From Armatimonadota bacterium (GTDB lineage Bacteria > Armatimonadota > Zipacnadia > Zipacnadales > UBA5352), in assembly GCA_034722055.1 (NCBI GenBank), contig JAYENL010000242.1, forward strand, positions 72,609 through 136,608: a stretch of 64,000 nucleotides of DNA. The letters run 5' to 3'. Below are positions 38,937-47,743 of this stretch, piece by piece. Every line of letters begins with the position of its first letter. Position 1 is the first letter of the stretch. A program made the position numbers and the translations under genes. A model generated the notes under the pieces. That model saw only the letters and a program-made list of their open reading frames with translations. It was not told the origin of the DNA and ran no database searches.

Positions 38937-40943
38937 GTGTTCCCCACCATGGGCCGGGAGGACGACACGACACTGGCGACGGAAGCCGCGCCGGAGGAAG
39001 AGAGCCGCGCCGCCAGCCTGCGCGCCCGCAGCTTCCTGCTGGGCGCGGCGCTGATTCCGGTGGTCAGCTTCTGGGTGGCCGGGATGGAGAACGTCTACGG
39101 CGGCCGGCCCACCTACCTGTCCGTGTTCTTCCACGCCGTCATCCTCCTGGCCGTGCTCTACGGCATCAACCGCCTGCTGCATCTGGTGGCGCCCAAGCTG
39201 GCCTTCACCCGCGGCGAGCTGCTGCTGATCTACATCATGATCGGCGTCTCAAGCGGCATCGTCGGCGACCAGTTCATGGCCATCCTGGTCCCCTCCCTGG
39301 CGCACCCTTTCCGCTACGCCAGCGAGGCGAACCAGTGGGCGGAGACGCTCCTGCCCTACATGCCCGCCCACGCCACAGTATCCGACCCGGTGGCGGTGCG
39401 CAACTTCTATGAGGGCGATGCCAGCCTCTACGATCCCCGCAACTACGGGCCGTGGCTGGCGCCGGGGCTGCTGTGGGCGGCCTTCATCGCCACCACGCAG
39501 CTCATGTGCCTGGCGGTGAACGTCATCATCCGCCGCCAGTGGACCGAGTACGAGAAGCTCAGCTTCCCGCTGACGATCCTGCCACTGGAGATGACCCTCC
39601 GAGGGGGCGACAGCATCTGGCGCGACCGGCTGATGTGGATCGGCTTCGGGATCGCAGGCCTCATCGGCGTCATCAACGGTCTGCACGTGCACTTCCCGGC
39701 CGTGCCGCAGATCCCGGTGAAGAATCAGTGGATCCGCGTCTCGCCGCGCTGGCGGGGGCCCATGGCGTCGCTGGGGATCGCCTTCTATCCCTTCATCATC
39801 GGCCTTGGCTACCTGCTGCCGCTGGAGCTGACGTTCTCGATCTGGTTCTTCGTGCTGCTGCTGCGCGGCGAGCGCATCGGGTTCTCGGCGCTGGGCTACC
39901 CCTCCAAGGCCATCTGGACCAGCGCCGGCAACGCCCGGCCGCCGGCCATCCTGGAGCAGAGCATCGGCGCCTACATCGCGGTGGTCTACTGGGGCTTCGC
40001 CACCGCCCGGGAGCACCTCTCTCGCGTCTGGCGGTCGGTGGTGGCGGGTCGGCCGCCAGGGGATGGGCGGCGCGGCATGACGCCGGCAGAGGTCACGGAG
40101 TATCGCGCCGCCTTCATGACGCTCGGCGCCGGTCTCTTCCTGACGTCGTGGTTCGGCTCCACGCTGGGGATGCCGGCCTGGATCGCGGCAGCCTACCTCG
40201 CGCTCTACCTGGTCATCACCACCGCCATCACCAAGATCCGCGCCGAGGCCGGCGCGCCCTCACACGGCTTTCACTTCGCGGGGCCCGACCACATCCTGCT
40301 GGCCGCGCTCGGCACCGAGCGCATCGGGCCGCGCGAGTTCCCCGCCTGGGGGCTGTTCTTCGGCTTCAACCGCGGCTACACCGGCGTCCCCCAGCCCCAT
40401 CAGCTCGAGGGCATGAAGATGGGCGAGATGGTGGGGATGGACGACCAGCGCCTCGACGCGGGGATGGTCGTGGCGACCATCCTCGGCTCGCTCGCGGGCG
40501 TGTGGGCGCTGCTGCACCTGTGCTTCCGCGAGGGCGTGGAGCTGATGGGCGAGCCCGTGCGGCGCCTCTCACCGCAGGGCTGGAACCTGGTGCGCAACTG
40601 GCGCAATCAGCGCACCGGTCCCGACGCCGTGGCGCTGGGCGGGATGGCGGTCGGCTTCGTGCTCTCCTCGGTCCTGATGACGCTGCGCTACCACTTCGTG
40701 TGGTTCCCCTTCCACCCCATCGGCTACGCCATCGCCGCGGACTGGACGACGGGCCTCATCTGGGTGCCGCTGCTGGTCGCGTGGCTGATCAAGACCCTGA
40801 CCATGCGCTACGCCGGCCCGGGCGTCTACCGCCGCGGCGTGCCGCTGGCGCTGGGGCTGATGCTGGGGGAGTTCGCTGCGGGCGCATTCTGGTCGATCCT
40901 GGCGATGATCACCCGCACGCCGCAGTACGCATTCTGGACGTAG
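38937..40943 (+). CDS. DUF6785/DUF6784-like polytopic membrane protein (OPT-superfamily-like transporter)
   Basis: RGELLLIY, IIRRQWTEYEKLSFPL, IRAEAG, WFPFHPIGY, GLMLGEF. Start GTG 38937 or ATG 38949. Confidence 0.8.
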   Translation: MFPTMGREDDTTLATEAAPEEESRAASLRARSFLLGAALIPVVSFWVAGMENVYGGRPTYLSVFFHAVILLAVLYGINRLLHLVAPKLAFTRGELLLIYIMIGVSSGIVGDQFMAILVPSLAHPFRYASEANQWAETLLPYMPAHATVSDPVAVRNFYEGDASLYDPRNYGPWLAPGLLWAAFIATTQLMCLAVNVIIRRQWTEYEKLSFPLTILPLEMTLRGGDSIWRDRLMWIGFGIAGLIGVINGLHVHFPAVPQIPVKNQWIRVSPRWRGPMASLGIAFYPFIIGLGYLLPLELTFSIWFFVLLLRGERIGFSALGYPSKAIWTSAGNARPPAILEQSIGAYIAVVYWGFATAREHLSRVWRSVVAGRPPGDGRRGMTPAEVTEYRAAFMTLGAGLFLTSWFGSTLGMPAWIAAAYLALYLVITTAITKIRAEAGAPSHGFHFAGPDHILLAALGTERIGPREFPAWGLFFGFNRGYTGVPQPHQLEGMKMGEMVGMDDQRLDAGMVVATILGSLAGVWALLHLCFREGVELMGEPVRRLSPQGWNLVRNWRNQRTGPDAVALGGMAVGFVLSSVLMTLRYHFVWFPFHPIGYAIAADWTTGLIWVPLLVAWLIKTLTMRYAGPGVYRRGVPLALGLMLGEFAAGAFWSILAMITRTPQYAFWT

Positions 40944-40946
40944 CGG

Positions 40947-41245
40947 CAGCTACCAGCTACGAGCCGCGAGCTGCAAGCTACGGCAGCGGCTGACTGCCCG
41001 CTCGCTGTCGCCGTCGTGCGGAGCGGCGGCGTCTTCAGACCCGCCGGCCGTTTGTCGTGAGCCGCTGCTGTCTTGTCGTTCCGTGGCGCGGACGTTCCCG
41101 AGTAGACCCGTCGGGGTCTAAGGAACTCCGCAACCAGGCTCGCCTGCGAGCCTCCGGACACTCTTGTCCGTCCGCCGTTGTGCGTGGCCTTCACGCTGGA
41201 CGACAACTGCCGGGCGGGCAGGGAAGCCCGCCCCTCCTGACGGCG
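40947..41245. repeat. Heptamer tandem repeat plus hairpin cluster between convergent genes
   Basis: Five imperfect nAGCTAC heptamers at 40947-40981; interrupted stem at 41088-41131; GGCTCGC/GCGAGCC at 41137-41152; GGGCGGGC/GCCCGCCC stem. Confidence 0.55.
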
Positions 41246-41307
41246 TGGCACGACGGCGGGCTCAGCAAAGCGCGTCCGCCGGTAGCGCATCCCCTATCCC
41301 CCGTCGC

Positions 41308-42150
41308 TCACTCCCAGTGCGCCGCGAGCCGGCGCAGGAAGCATGCGTTCCAGGCGAACTTCTCCTCCAGGGAGTCAAACTGGGCGAAGTCCTCGGCCGT
41401 CAGGTAGCCGTCGTAGCCGATGGCCGCCAGCTCATCCGCGATCTCGTCCCAGTCCAGCACGCCCTCGTTGACCCGCACGTTCCCGCCCGGCAGGCGCTCG
41501 TGCGAGAGCGCCTCGCCCTCCGCGGTCATGCGGTTCTTCACGTGCACGTTGCGGATCCAGCCGCCCAGCATCCGCACCTGCACCCACGGCCGCTCGAAGC
41601 CCTCGCTGACCGCGTTGCCGGGGTCGAAGACGACGCCCAGGTAGGGGTGCTCGAGCCCGCGGAGCATGTCCATGCACTGCCCCGCGGAGGCGATGTAGCG
41701 TCCGCCATGCTGCTCGGGGGTGACCACGATCTCGTGGGCAGCCGCCATCTCGGCCACGCGCATCATCTGATCGCGGAAGGCCGCACGGCAGACCTCGTAG
41801 TCGTACCGCCGATCGTAGTCGCCCGACGACACGCGCATGAACCTCGCGCCCAGGATCCCGGCGGTGTGCAGCGAGCGCTCGATGTTCGCGAGCTGCTCGG
41901 CGGCGGCCTCGCGCTCCACCAATCCGATCTCCCAGTAGGTGGTGAGGCCCGAGACGTGCAGGCCCGCCTCCTCCACCATGTCGCGCGCGTCCTCGGCCTC
42001 GTCGTCGCTGATCTCGGGCAGGATGTGAATGCCGTCATGGCGCTGGCGGATGTCCACGGCGTCGAAGCCGGCGTCCGCCGCCAGCCGCACCGCCTCCTCC
42101 AGCGAGACGTCGCGTGCAAGCAGGGTGTACAGGGAAATCTGCGGGGCCAT
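41308..42150 (-). CDS. Sugar phosphate isomerase/epimerase (xylose-isomerase-like TIM barrel)
   Basis: AGFDAVD, PEQH, FDPGN, NVHVKN, GYDGYLTAE; GGGAG SD. Confidence 0.85.
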   Translation of the reverse strand: MAPQISLYTLLARDVSLEEAVRLAADAGFDAVDIRQRHDGIHILPEISDDEAEDARDMVEEAGLHVSGLTTYWEIGLVEREAAAEQLANIERSLHTAGILGARFMRVSSGDYDRRYDYEVCRAAFRDQMMRVAEMAAAHEIVVTPEQHGGRYIASAGQCMDMLRGLEHPYLGVVFDPGNAVSEGFERPWVQVRMLGGWIRNVHVKNRMTAEGEALSHERLPGGNVRVNEGVLDWDEIADELAAIGYDGYLTAEDFAQFDSLEEKFAWNACFLRRLAAHWE

Positions 42151-42283
42151 CTGTGTCTCCCTCCCATCCTCATCTGTGTGCCCCGGTAGGTTCGCCGGGC
42201 GTGGGCGCGTGGCCTTCGCCGCGGACCGCGGTCCCGTGGCGAGCGGGCCCTCCTCATAGCCGGCCCTCGCCCGCGCGGGTGAA

Positions 42284-42313
42284 TTGCCTTCCCTTACATC
42301 GATGATGTATAAT
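42284..42313 (+). promoter_or_regulatory. Sigma70-type promoter with overlapping palindrome
   Basis: TTGCCT-18 nt-TATAAT; TACATC-gat-GATGTA inverted repeat at 42295-42309. Confidence 0.55.
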
Positions 42314-42517
42314 GAGGCCTCCAATGCTGCCCGCGGAGGCGGGCGCGGGTGAACGTGGACGGGCCGACGTGCGCTGGACCAGCGGGGGGCGCAGGGCGGC
42401 CCGTTTTGTGCCAGGAATGTACGGCAAACCATGCCGGCGCACCAGGCCCGCTCATGCCGGGCGCGGCGCCGCGCGCTACGCGATGCCGAGCTGGACGAGC
42501 GCATACGGAGGATACGG

Positions 42518-45500
42518 GTGCAGATGCCTGAAGGGAGCACGTACGCCGTCGGCGTGGACGTTGGCTCAGTCAGCGTTGACATAGCCGTCCTGGACGAAAA
42601 CGGGGAGATCGTCGAGACGCAGTACATCCGCCACCACGGGCGGCCCATCCAGACCGCGGGCAGGGCTCTGCGGGAGACCGTCGAGGCGCTCGGCCGAGAG
42701 AACGTCGCTATCGTGGCCGCAACGGGGAACGCCGGCCGGCTGGTCGCGGAGCGCCTCAACGCCCTCTTCGTCAACGAGGTCGTGGCCCAATCCACCGCCA
42801 CAGGGAGGCTTCACCCCCACGCCCGGACCATCATCGAGATCGGCGGCGAGGACTCCAAGCTCATCTTCCTGGGGCCCACAGAGAACCCGGGTGAGGACGT
42901 CGAGGTCGCGGACTTCAACATGAACGCCATGTGCGCCGCAGGCACCGGCTCCTTCCTCGATCAGCAGGCGGTGCGCATGAACCTGTCCATCGAGGACTTC
43001 GGCCGGATCGCCCTGGAGAGCGAGCATCCCCCGCGCGTGGCCGGCCGCTGCTCCGTCTTCGCCAAGTCCGATATGATCCACCTGCAGCAGATGGCCACGC
43101 CCGTGAAGGACATCGTGGCAGGCCTGTGCTACGCGCTGGTGCGGAACTTCAAGTCCACGGTCGGCTCCGCGCGCGACCTGGTGCCGCCGGTGGCCTTCCA
43201 GGGCGGCGTGGCAGCCAACCCCGCCATCATCCGGGCGATCCGCGACGTCTACGAGCTCGACGACGACCAGCTCATCATCCCCGAGCACTTCGGCGCCATG
43301 GGGGCCGTCGGCGCTGCCCTTCGGGCCATGCGCGACGGCGCGCCCAAGGCGGACCTGGACGCCATAGCGGACCTGGAGGGCCACGTCCTGGCGGCGGCGG
43401 ACCGGGAGCGGCTGGCGCCGTTGCGGCTGGAGAAGAGCGCTATTCACCCTTCCCAGGTGATCCCGCCCCAGCCGGGGGAGAAGGTCCCAGCTTACCTTGG
43501 CATCGACGTGGGCTCGATATCCACCAACCTGGTAGTGATGGACGCCGGCGGCCGGGTGCTGCACAAGGAGTATCTGATGACCGCCAGCCGGCCCATCGAG
43601 GCGGTGGGCACGGCGCTGAAGTCCGCCGGCGAGGCCATCGGTGACCGGGTGGAGATCCGCAAGGCCTGCACCACCGGCTCCGGGCGCTATCTGGTCGGCG
43701 ACTTCGTGGGCGCCGACGTGGTGAAGAACGAGATCACCGCCCAGGCCACCGGCGCCGTCCATCTGGACCCCACCGTGGACACCATCTTCGAGATCGGCGG
43801 GCAGGACTCCAAGTATATCAGCATCGATAACGGGGTGGTCGTGGACTTCACGATGAACAAGGTCTGCGCCGCCGGCACCGGCTCGTTCCTCGAGGAGCAG
43901 GCCGACAAGCTGGGCATATTCATCGAGGAGCAGTTCGCCGATCAGGCGCTCTCGGCGGAGGCCCCGGCCAACCTCGGGGAGCGGTGCACCGTGTTCATGG
44001 AGTCGGAGCTGCTCAAGCACCAGCAGGCCGGCGTGGACACCCCTGACCTGGTGGCGGGCCTGGCGTACTCCATCGTCTACAACTACCTGAACCGCGTCGT
44101 GGAGGACCGGCGCGTCGGCGACAACATCTTCTTTCAGGGCGGCACGGCCTTCAACAGGGCCGTCGTTGCGGCCTTCGAGTCCGTCACCGGGAAGCGCATC
44201 ACTGTGCCACCGCACAATGAGAACACTGGCGCCATCGGCTGTGCCCTGATCGCCAGGGAGCACGACGACGGCCAGGGCAGCGACTTCAGAGGCTTCGACC
44301 TCTCGGATGTGGAGTACACCATCGAGAGCTTCGAATGCAAGGGCTGCCCCAACCGCTGCGAGATCAACAAGGTCAGTATCGCGGGCGAGCCGCCGCTGTT
44401 CTACGGTGACCGGTGCGGGAGGTACCAGACCCGGGAGGCTGACGACGAGCACCCGGATATGCCCGATCTGTTCGCTGAGCGGGATCAGATGCTCGAGGAC
44501 TCGTATCATCGCGACCACGAGCTCCCGGAGGACGCGCCGCGGGTGGGAATGCCGCGTTCGCTGCTGTTCTTCGAGCTCTACCCGTTCTGGAAGGCGTTCT
44601 TCAACGAACTGGAATGCGAGATCGTGGTGTCGAAGCCAACCAACAAGGCTATCGCTCACACCGGCGCCGAGCGCTCGGTAGCGGAGACCTGCTTCCCCCA
44701 GAAGCTCAACCTCGGGCACGTGCTGACGCTGCTGGACGACGAGCAGCTCGACTACCTGTTCCTGCCCTCCGTCATCAACCTCCCCTGCCCGGACGAGCGA
44801 ATGACCGACAGCTTCGTCTGCTCCTACATCCAGAGCGTGCCCTACCACATCAAGTCCTGCATCGACTTCGATGAGCACGACGTCACGCTGCTGGAGCCGC
44901 ACATGTGGATGGCCCACGGTGAGCGCCACGTTGCCCAGCAGCTCGCCGAGGTGGGGCGAGAGCTGGGGGCCAGCGGGCGACAGGTTCGCCAGGCGGTGCA
45001 GCGGGGCTTCGAGGCCCTGGAACGCTTCGAGCAGATGACCCGGGAGCGGGGACAGGAGGTGCTGCAACAGCTTGGCGAGGACGAGCGGGCCGTAGTGATC
45101 GTCAGCCGCTCCTACAATGGCTGCGACCCCGGCGCCAACCTGGAGATCCCCCAGAAGCTGCGGAAGATGGGGGTGCTGGCCATCCCCATGGACTTCCTGC
45201 CGCTCGACGACGTGAAGCTGCCCACCGACTGGTTCAACATGTACTGGCGTTACGGTCAGAAGATCCTGTCGGCCGGGGAGATTATCGTCGGCGACGACCG
45301 CCTCTTCCCACTGTACTTGACCAACTTCGCCTGCGGGCCGGACTCGTTTATCATGCACTTTTTCCGCGAGCGCATCGGCGAGAAGCCGACGCTGATCATC
45401 GAGGTCGATGAGCACTCCGCCGACGCCGGCATGATCACCCGCTGTGAGGCCTTCCTGGACTCGCTGGAGGCCACCAGGGGGCGCGATTTCGTGAAGGGCC

Positions 45501-46765
45501 GGCACCTCCGGCCACTGGGCATCGACGGGCAGTCCCACCGGACCATGCTTATCCCGAATATGAGCGACCACGCCTACGCCCTGGCGGCGGCCTTCGAACA
45601 CCAGGGCATGCCTGCGGAGGTGCTGCCCGAGCCCGACGAGGAGACGCTCAAGTGGGGCCGGCGCTACACCTCCGGCAAGGAGTGCTTCCCGGCCATCGTC
45701 ACCACCGGTGACATGGTGAAGTTCGTCAAGCAGGACGGCTTCGACCGCGACACGTACGCATTCTTCATGGGCGGGTCGGGCGGGCCCTGCCGCTTCGGGC
45801 AGTACAACACTCTGCAGCGGATGGTGCTGGACGACCTCGGGTACGAGGATGTGCCCATCTACGCCCCGCACCAGGGCCGGCACTTCTTCGACGAGCTGGG
45901 GATCGTGGGGCGCGACTTCCTGCGCGTGGCGTGGCAGGGCCTGGTCGCGGTCGATATGCTCTTCAAGGCGCTGCTGGAGACCCGCCCCTACGAGGTGGAG
46001 CCGGGCGCGGCGCAGCGCGTCTACGATGCATGCCTTCACGACCTGTTGCAGACGGTGCAGGATGGCGGGAACGTCGTCGCGGAAATGCGACGTGCCCGCC
46101 AGCACTTCGAGCAGGTGCAGCTCGACCGCTCCGAGCCGAAGCCGGTCGTGGGGCTGACAGGGGAATTCTACATCCGCGCCAACGCCTTCAGCAACCAGCA
46201 CCTGATCGACAAGATCGAAAAGCTGGGCGGTGAGGTCTGGATGGCGCCCGTCTACGAGTGGTTCCTGTACCGCAACTACCGCCGCGACATGAGGGCCAAG
46301 CTCGACGGCGAGATCCTCTTCCGGCTCAAGAACCGCATCGAGGACGAGATCATGACCCGCGACGAGCACGCCCTGGCGCAGCCGTGGCAGGGGTTCCTGC
46401 GCAACGTCCACGAGCCGCCGACCAGCGACGTGCTGGAGATGGCCTGCGACTACGTGCACCGCTCCTTCGAGGGCGAGGCCGTGATGACGGTGGGCAAGGC
46501 CGTGGACTTCATCCAGAAAGGGCTGCACGGGGTGGTGACCGTCATGCCCTTCACCTGCATGCCGGGGACCATCTCGCACGCCATCCTCAAGCGGGTGCGC
46601 ACCGACTACGGGGACTTCCCCGCCCTGAACATGGTCTACGACGGGGACGAGCAGGCCACCGATCAGACGCGGCTGGAGGCCTTCATGCACCAGGCCACCG
46701 AGTTCATGCGCCGCGCCGGCCCCATCCTCGCCGACCGCCAGGAGATGCTGGCGGCCGGACACTGA
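42518..46765 (+). CDS. Fused acyl-CoA dehydratase activase (two BcrAD/BadFG ATPase domains, DUF2229-like and dehydratase-like domains)
   Basis: Two copies of G.DVGS.S / EIGG.DSK / CAAGTGSFL; RCSVF and RCTVF; C.GC.N.C; ETCFP, NFACGPDS, ECFP, GPCRFGQY, PFTCMP. GTG 42518 after GGAGG (or ATG 42524). Confidence 0.9.
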   Translation: MQMPEGSTYAVGVDVGSVSVDIAVLDENGEIVETQYIRHHGRPIQTAGRALRETVEALGRENVAIVAATGNAGRLVAERLNALFVNEVVAQSTATGRLHPHARTIIEIGGEDSKLIFLGPTENPGEDVEVADFNMNAMCAAGTGSFLDQQAVRMNLSIEDFGRIALESEHPPRVAGRCSVFAKSDMIHLQQMATPVKDIVAGLCYALVRNFKSTVGSARDLVPPVAFQGGVAANPAIIRAIRDVYELDDDQLIIPEHFGAMGAVGAALRAMRDGAPKADLDAIADLEGHVLAAADRERLAPLRLEKSAIHPSQVIPPQPGEKVPAYLGIDVGSISTNLVVMDAGGRVLHKEYLMTASRPIEAVGTALKSAGEAIGDRVEIRKACTTGSGRYLVGDFVGADVVKNEITAQATGAVHLDPTVDTIFEIGGQDSKYISIDNGVVVDFTMNKVCAAGTGSFLEEQADKLGIFIEEQFADQALSAEAPANLGERCTVFMESELLKHQQAGVDTPDLVAGLAYSIVYNYLNRVVEDRRVGDNIFFQGGTAFNRAVVAAFESVTGKRITVPPHNENTGAIGCALIAREHDDGQGSDFRGFDLSDVEYTIESFECKGCPNRCEINKVSIAGEPPLFYGDRCGRYQTREADDEHPDMPDLFAERDQMLEDSYHRDHELPEDAPRVGMPRSLLFFELYPFWKAFFNELECEIVVSKPTNKAIAHTGAERSVAETCFPQKLNLGHVLTLLDDEQLDYLFLPSVINLPCPDERMTDSFVCSYIQSVPYHIKSCIDFDEHDVTLLEPHMWMAHGERHVAQQLAEVGRELGASGRQVRQAVQRGFEALERFEQMTRERGQEVLQQLGEDERAVVIVSRSYNGCDPGANLEIPQKLRKMGVLAIPMDFLPLDDVKLPTDWFNMYWRYGQKILSAGEIIVGDDRLFPLYLTNFACGPDSFIMHFFRERIGEKPTLIIEVDEHSADAGMITRCEAFLDSLEATRGRDFVKGRHLRPLGIDGQSHRTMLIPNMSDHAYALAAAFEHQGMPAEVLPEPDEETLKWGRRYTSGKECFPAIVTTGDMVKFVKQDGFDRDTYAFFMGGSGGPCRFGQYNTLQRMVLDDLGYEDVPIYAPHQGRHFFDELGIVGRDFLRVAWQGLVAVDMLFKALLETRPYEVEPGAAQRVYDACLHDLLQTVQDGGNVVAEMRRARQHFEQVQLDRSEPKPVVGLTGEFYIRANAFSNQHLIDKIEKLGGEVWMAPVYEWFLYRNYRRDMRAKLDGEILFRLKNRIEDEIMTRDEHALAQPWQGFLRNVHEPPTSDVLEMACDYVHRSFEGEAVMTVGKAVDFIQKGLHGVVTVMPFTCMPGTISHAILKRVRTDYGDFPALNMVYDGDEQATDQTRLEAFMHQATEFMRRAGPILADRQEMLAAGH

Positions 46766-46848
46766 GCCCCACGCGCTGACCGGCACGACTCATCAGGGCG
46801 AGGCCACCATGGCCTCGCCCTCGTTGCGCCATGACGGCAATGCGGGGG

Positions 46849-47307
46849 TTAGTCGGCGGATGCCGCGAACTCGCCAAGAGAGTGAACCCACCCCAACTCG
46901 TCACCGACCGTACGAACAAGGCGTTCGTCTGCCGTCCAAAGATCGCAGCCCACGAGTGTGGCAGTGGCAAGGTAGGCAGCGTCGTACGCGCTCACCTGAT
47001 AGCCGAACGCCTCGATCCAGTCGTGCCAGTAGGCGCTGAGGCCCTCGGTCAACAGGTCCGGCGTCCTGAACCGGAACCTGCTGAGCACATCGGCAGCTTC
47101 ATGGGCCTCTTGTCCAGTAAGGTCATCCCGCTGATACGACTTGCGGATAACGTTCATGACCTCCCAGAAGAACAGCTCCGGGACCCAGACATCGGCCCTC
47201 TCCTCGATCCAGGTCCGGTACAGTTGGCTCGCTTGCTTCGAAAGGTCCTCCTCAAGCAGCAACTTGGCTCCAAAGCATGCATCAATGCAGACTGCTCTAA
47301 CGCTCGT
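46849..47307 (-). CDS. PIN-domain (VapC-like) toxin; start codon non-canonical or lost
   Basis: VCIDAC..K..L.E, P.L..WEV.N, SAYDAAYLA, LWTADERL acidic PIN residues; the expected start position reads ACG. Confidence 0.8.
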   Translation of the reverse strand, partial: TSVRAVCIDACFGAKLLLEEDLSKQASQLYRTWIEERADVWVPELFFWEVMNVIRKSYQRDDLTGQEAHEAADVLSRFRFRTPDLLTEGLSAYWHDWIEAFGYQVSAYDAAYLATATLVGCDLWTADERLVRTVGDELGWVHSLGEFAASAD

Positions 47308-47671
47308 CCCTGCCCTCTCTGATGAGTTCGGCGGAGTATCCGGCAGCAAAAGGCTCACCCCCGCGCCGCTCAAGGATCCTCTCCCGCAGTCTGTCCGCTC
47401 TCTCAAGCGCATGGTCGTTCATATGTCTACGCACGTCCGAGAGTGCGTGCTCGGCATCTGAGGACGTTTGCGGTTTGCCGGGTACATTGCAGTATGCCAT
47501 GGTCCGAAGCCACTCATCGAGGGCGCTCTTGGGCACGCGCCATACGTCGTTCAGCAAGCGGACGGCAGGTAGACTACCGCCTTCGATAAGCTCGCGCACA
47601 TCATCCGCGCCTATCTGCAGGTACTCAGCGGCCTGCTCGATAGTCATCACGTCGCGGGCCTCAGGCGCCAT
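47297..47671 (-). CDS. Excisionase-type HTH protein with VapB-like C-terminal tail (putative antitoxin)
   Basis: MTIEQAAEYLQIG..V..LI..GSLPAVR...WRVPKSALDEW (HTH_17-like); tail SAELIREGRDER overlaps the PIN gene. Confidence 0.75.
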   Translation of the reverse strand: MAPEARDVMTIEQAAEYLQIGADDVRELIEGGSLPAVRLLNDVWRVPKSALDEWLRTMAYCNVPGKPQTSSDAEHALSDVRRHMNDHALERADRLRERILERRGGEPFAAGYSAELIREGRDER

Positions 47672-47708
47672 CGGGTCTCACCGCCCCTCACTGCATTCAT
47701 ACGTCACT

Positions 47709-47738
47709 ATTATACCCCCCGGGCCATGCCGCCGTCCA
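47709..47738 (-). promoter_or_regulatory. Putative promoter of the HTH/PIN pair
   Basis: TGGACG-18 nt-TATAAT on the minus strand upstream of ATG 47671. Confidence 0.5.
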
Positions 47739-47743
47739 CGCCG

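Noticed and set aside
42566..46786. 1406-aa minus-strand ORF, and similar long ORFs at 20727-23096, 55542-58166, 52728-54815, 26730-28727 and 35289-37091
   Set aside because: Stop-poor antisense frames of well-supported genes, expected in high-GC DNA.
47297..47671. Excisionase as evidence of a prophage or ICE
   Set aside because: No integrase, att repeats, tRNA or phage genes nearby; the context fits an antitoxin.
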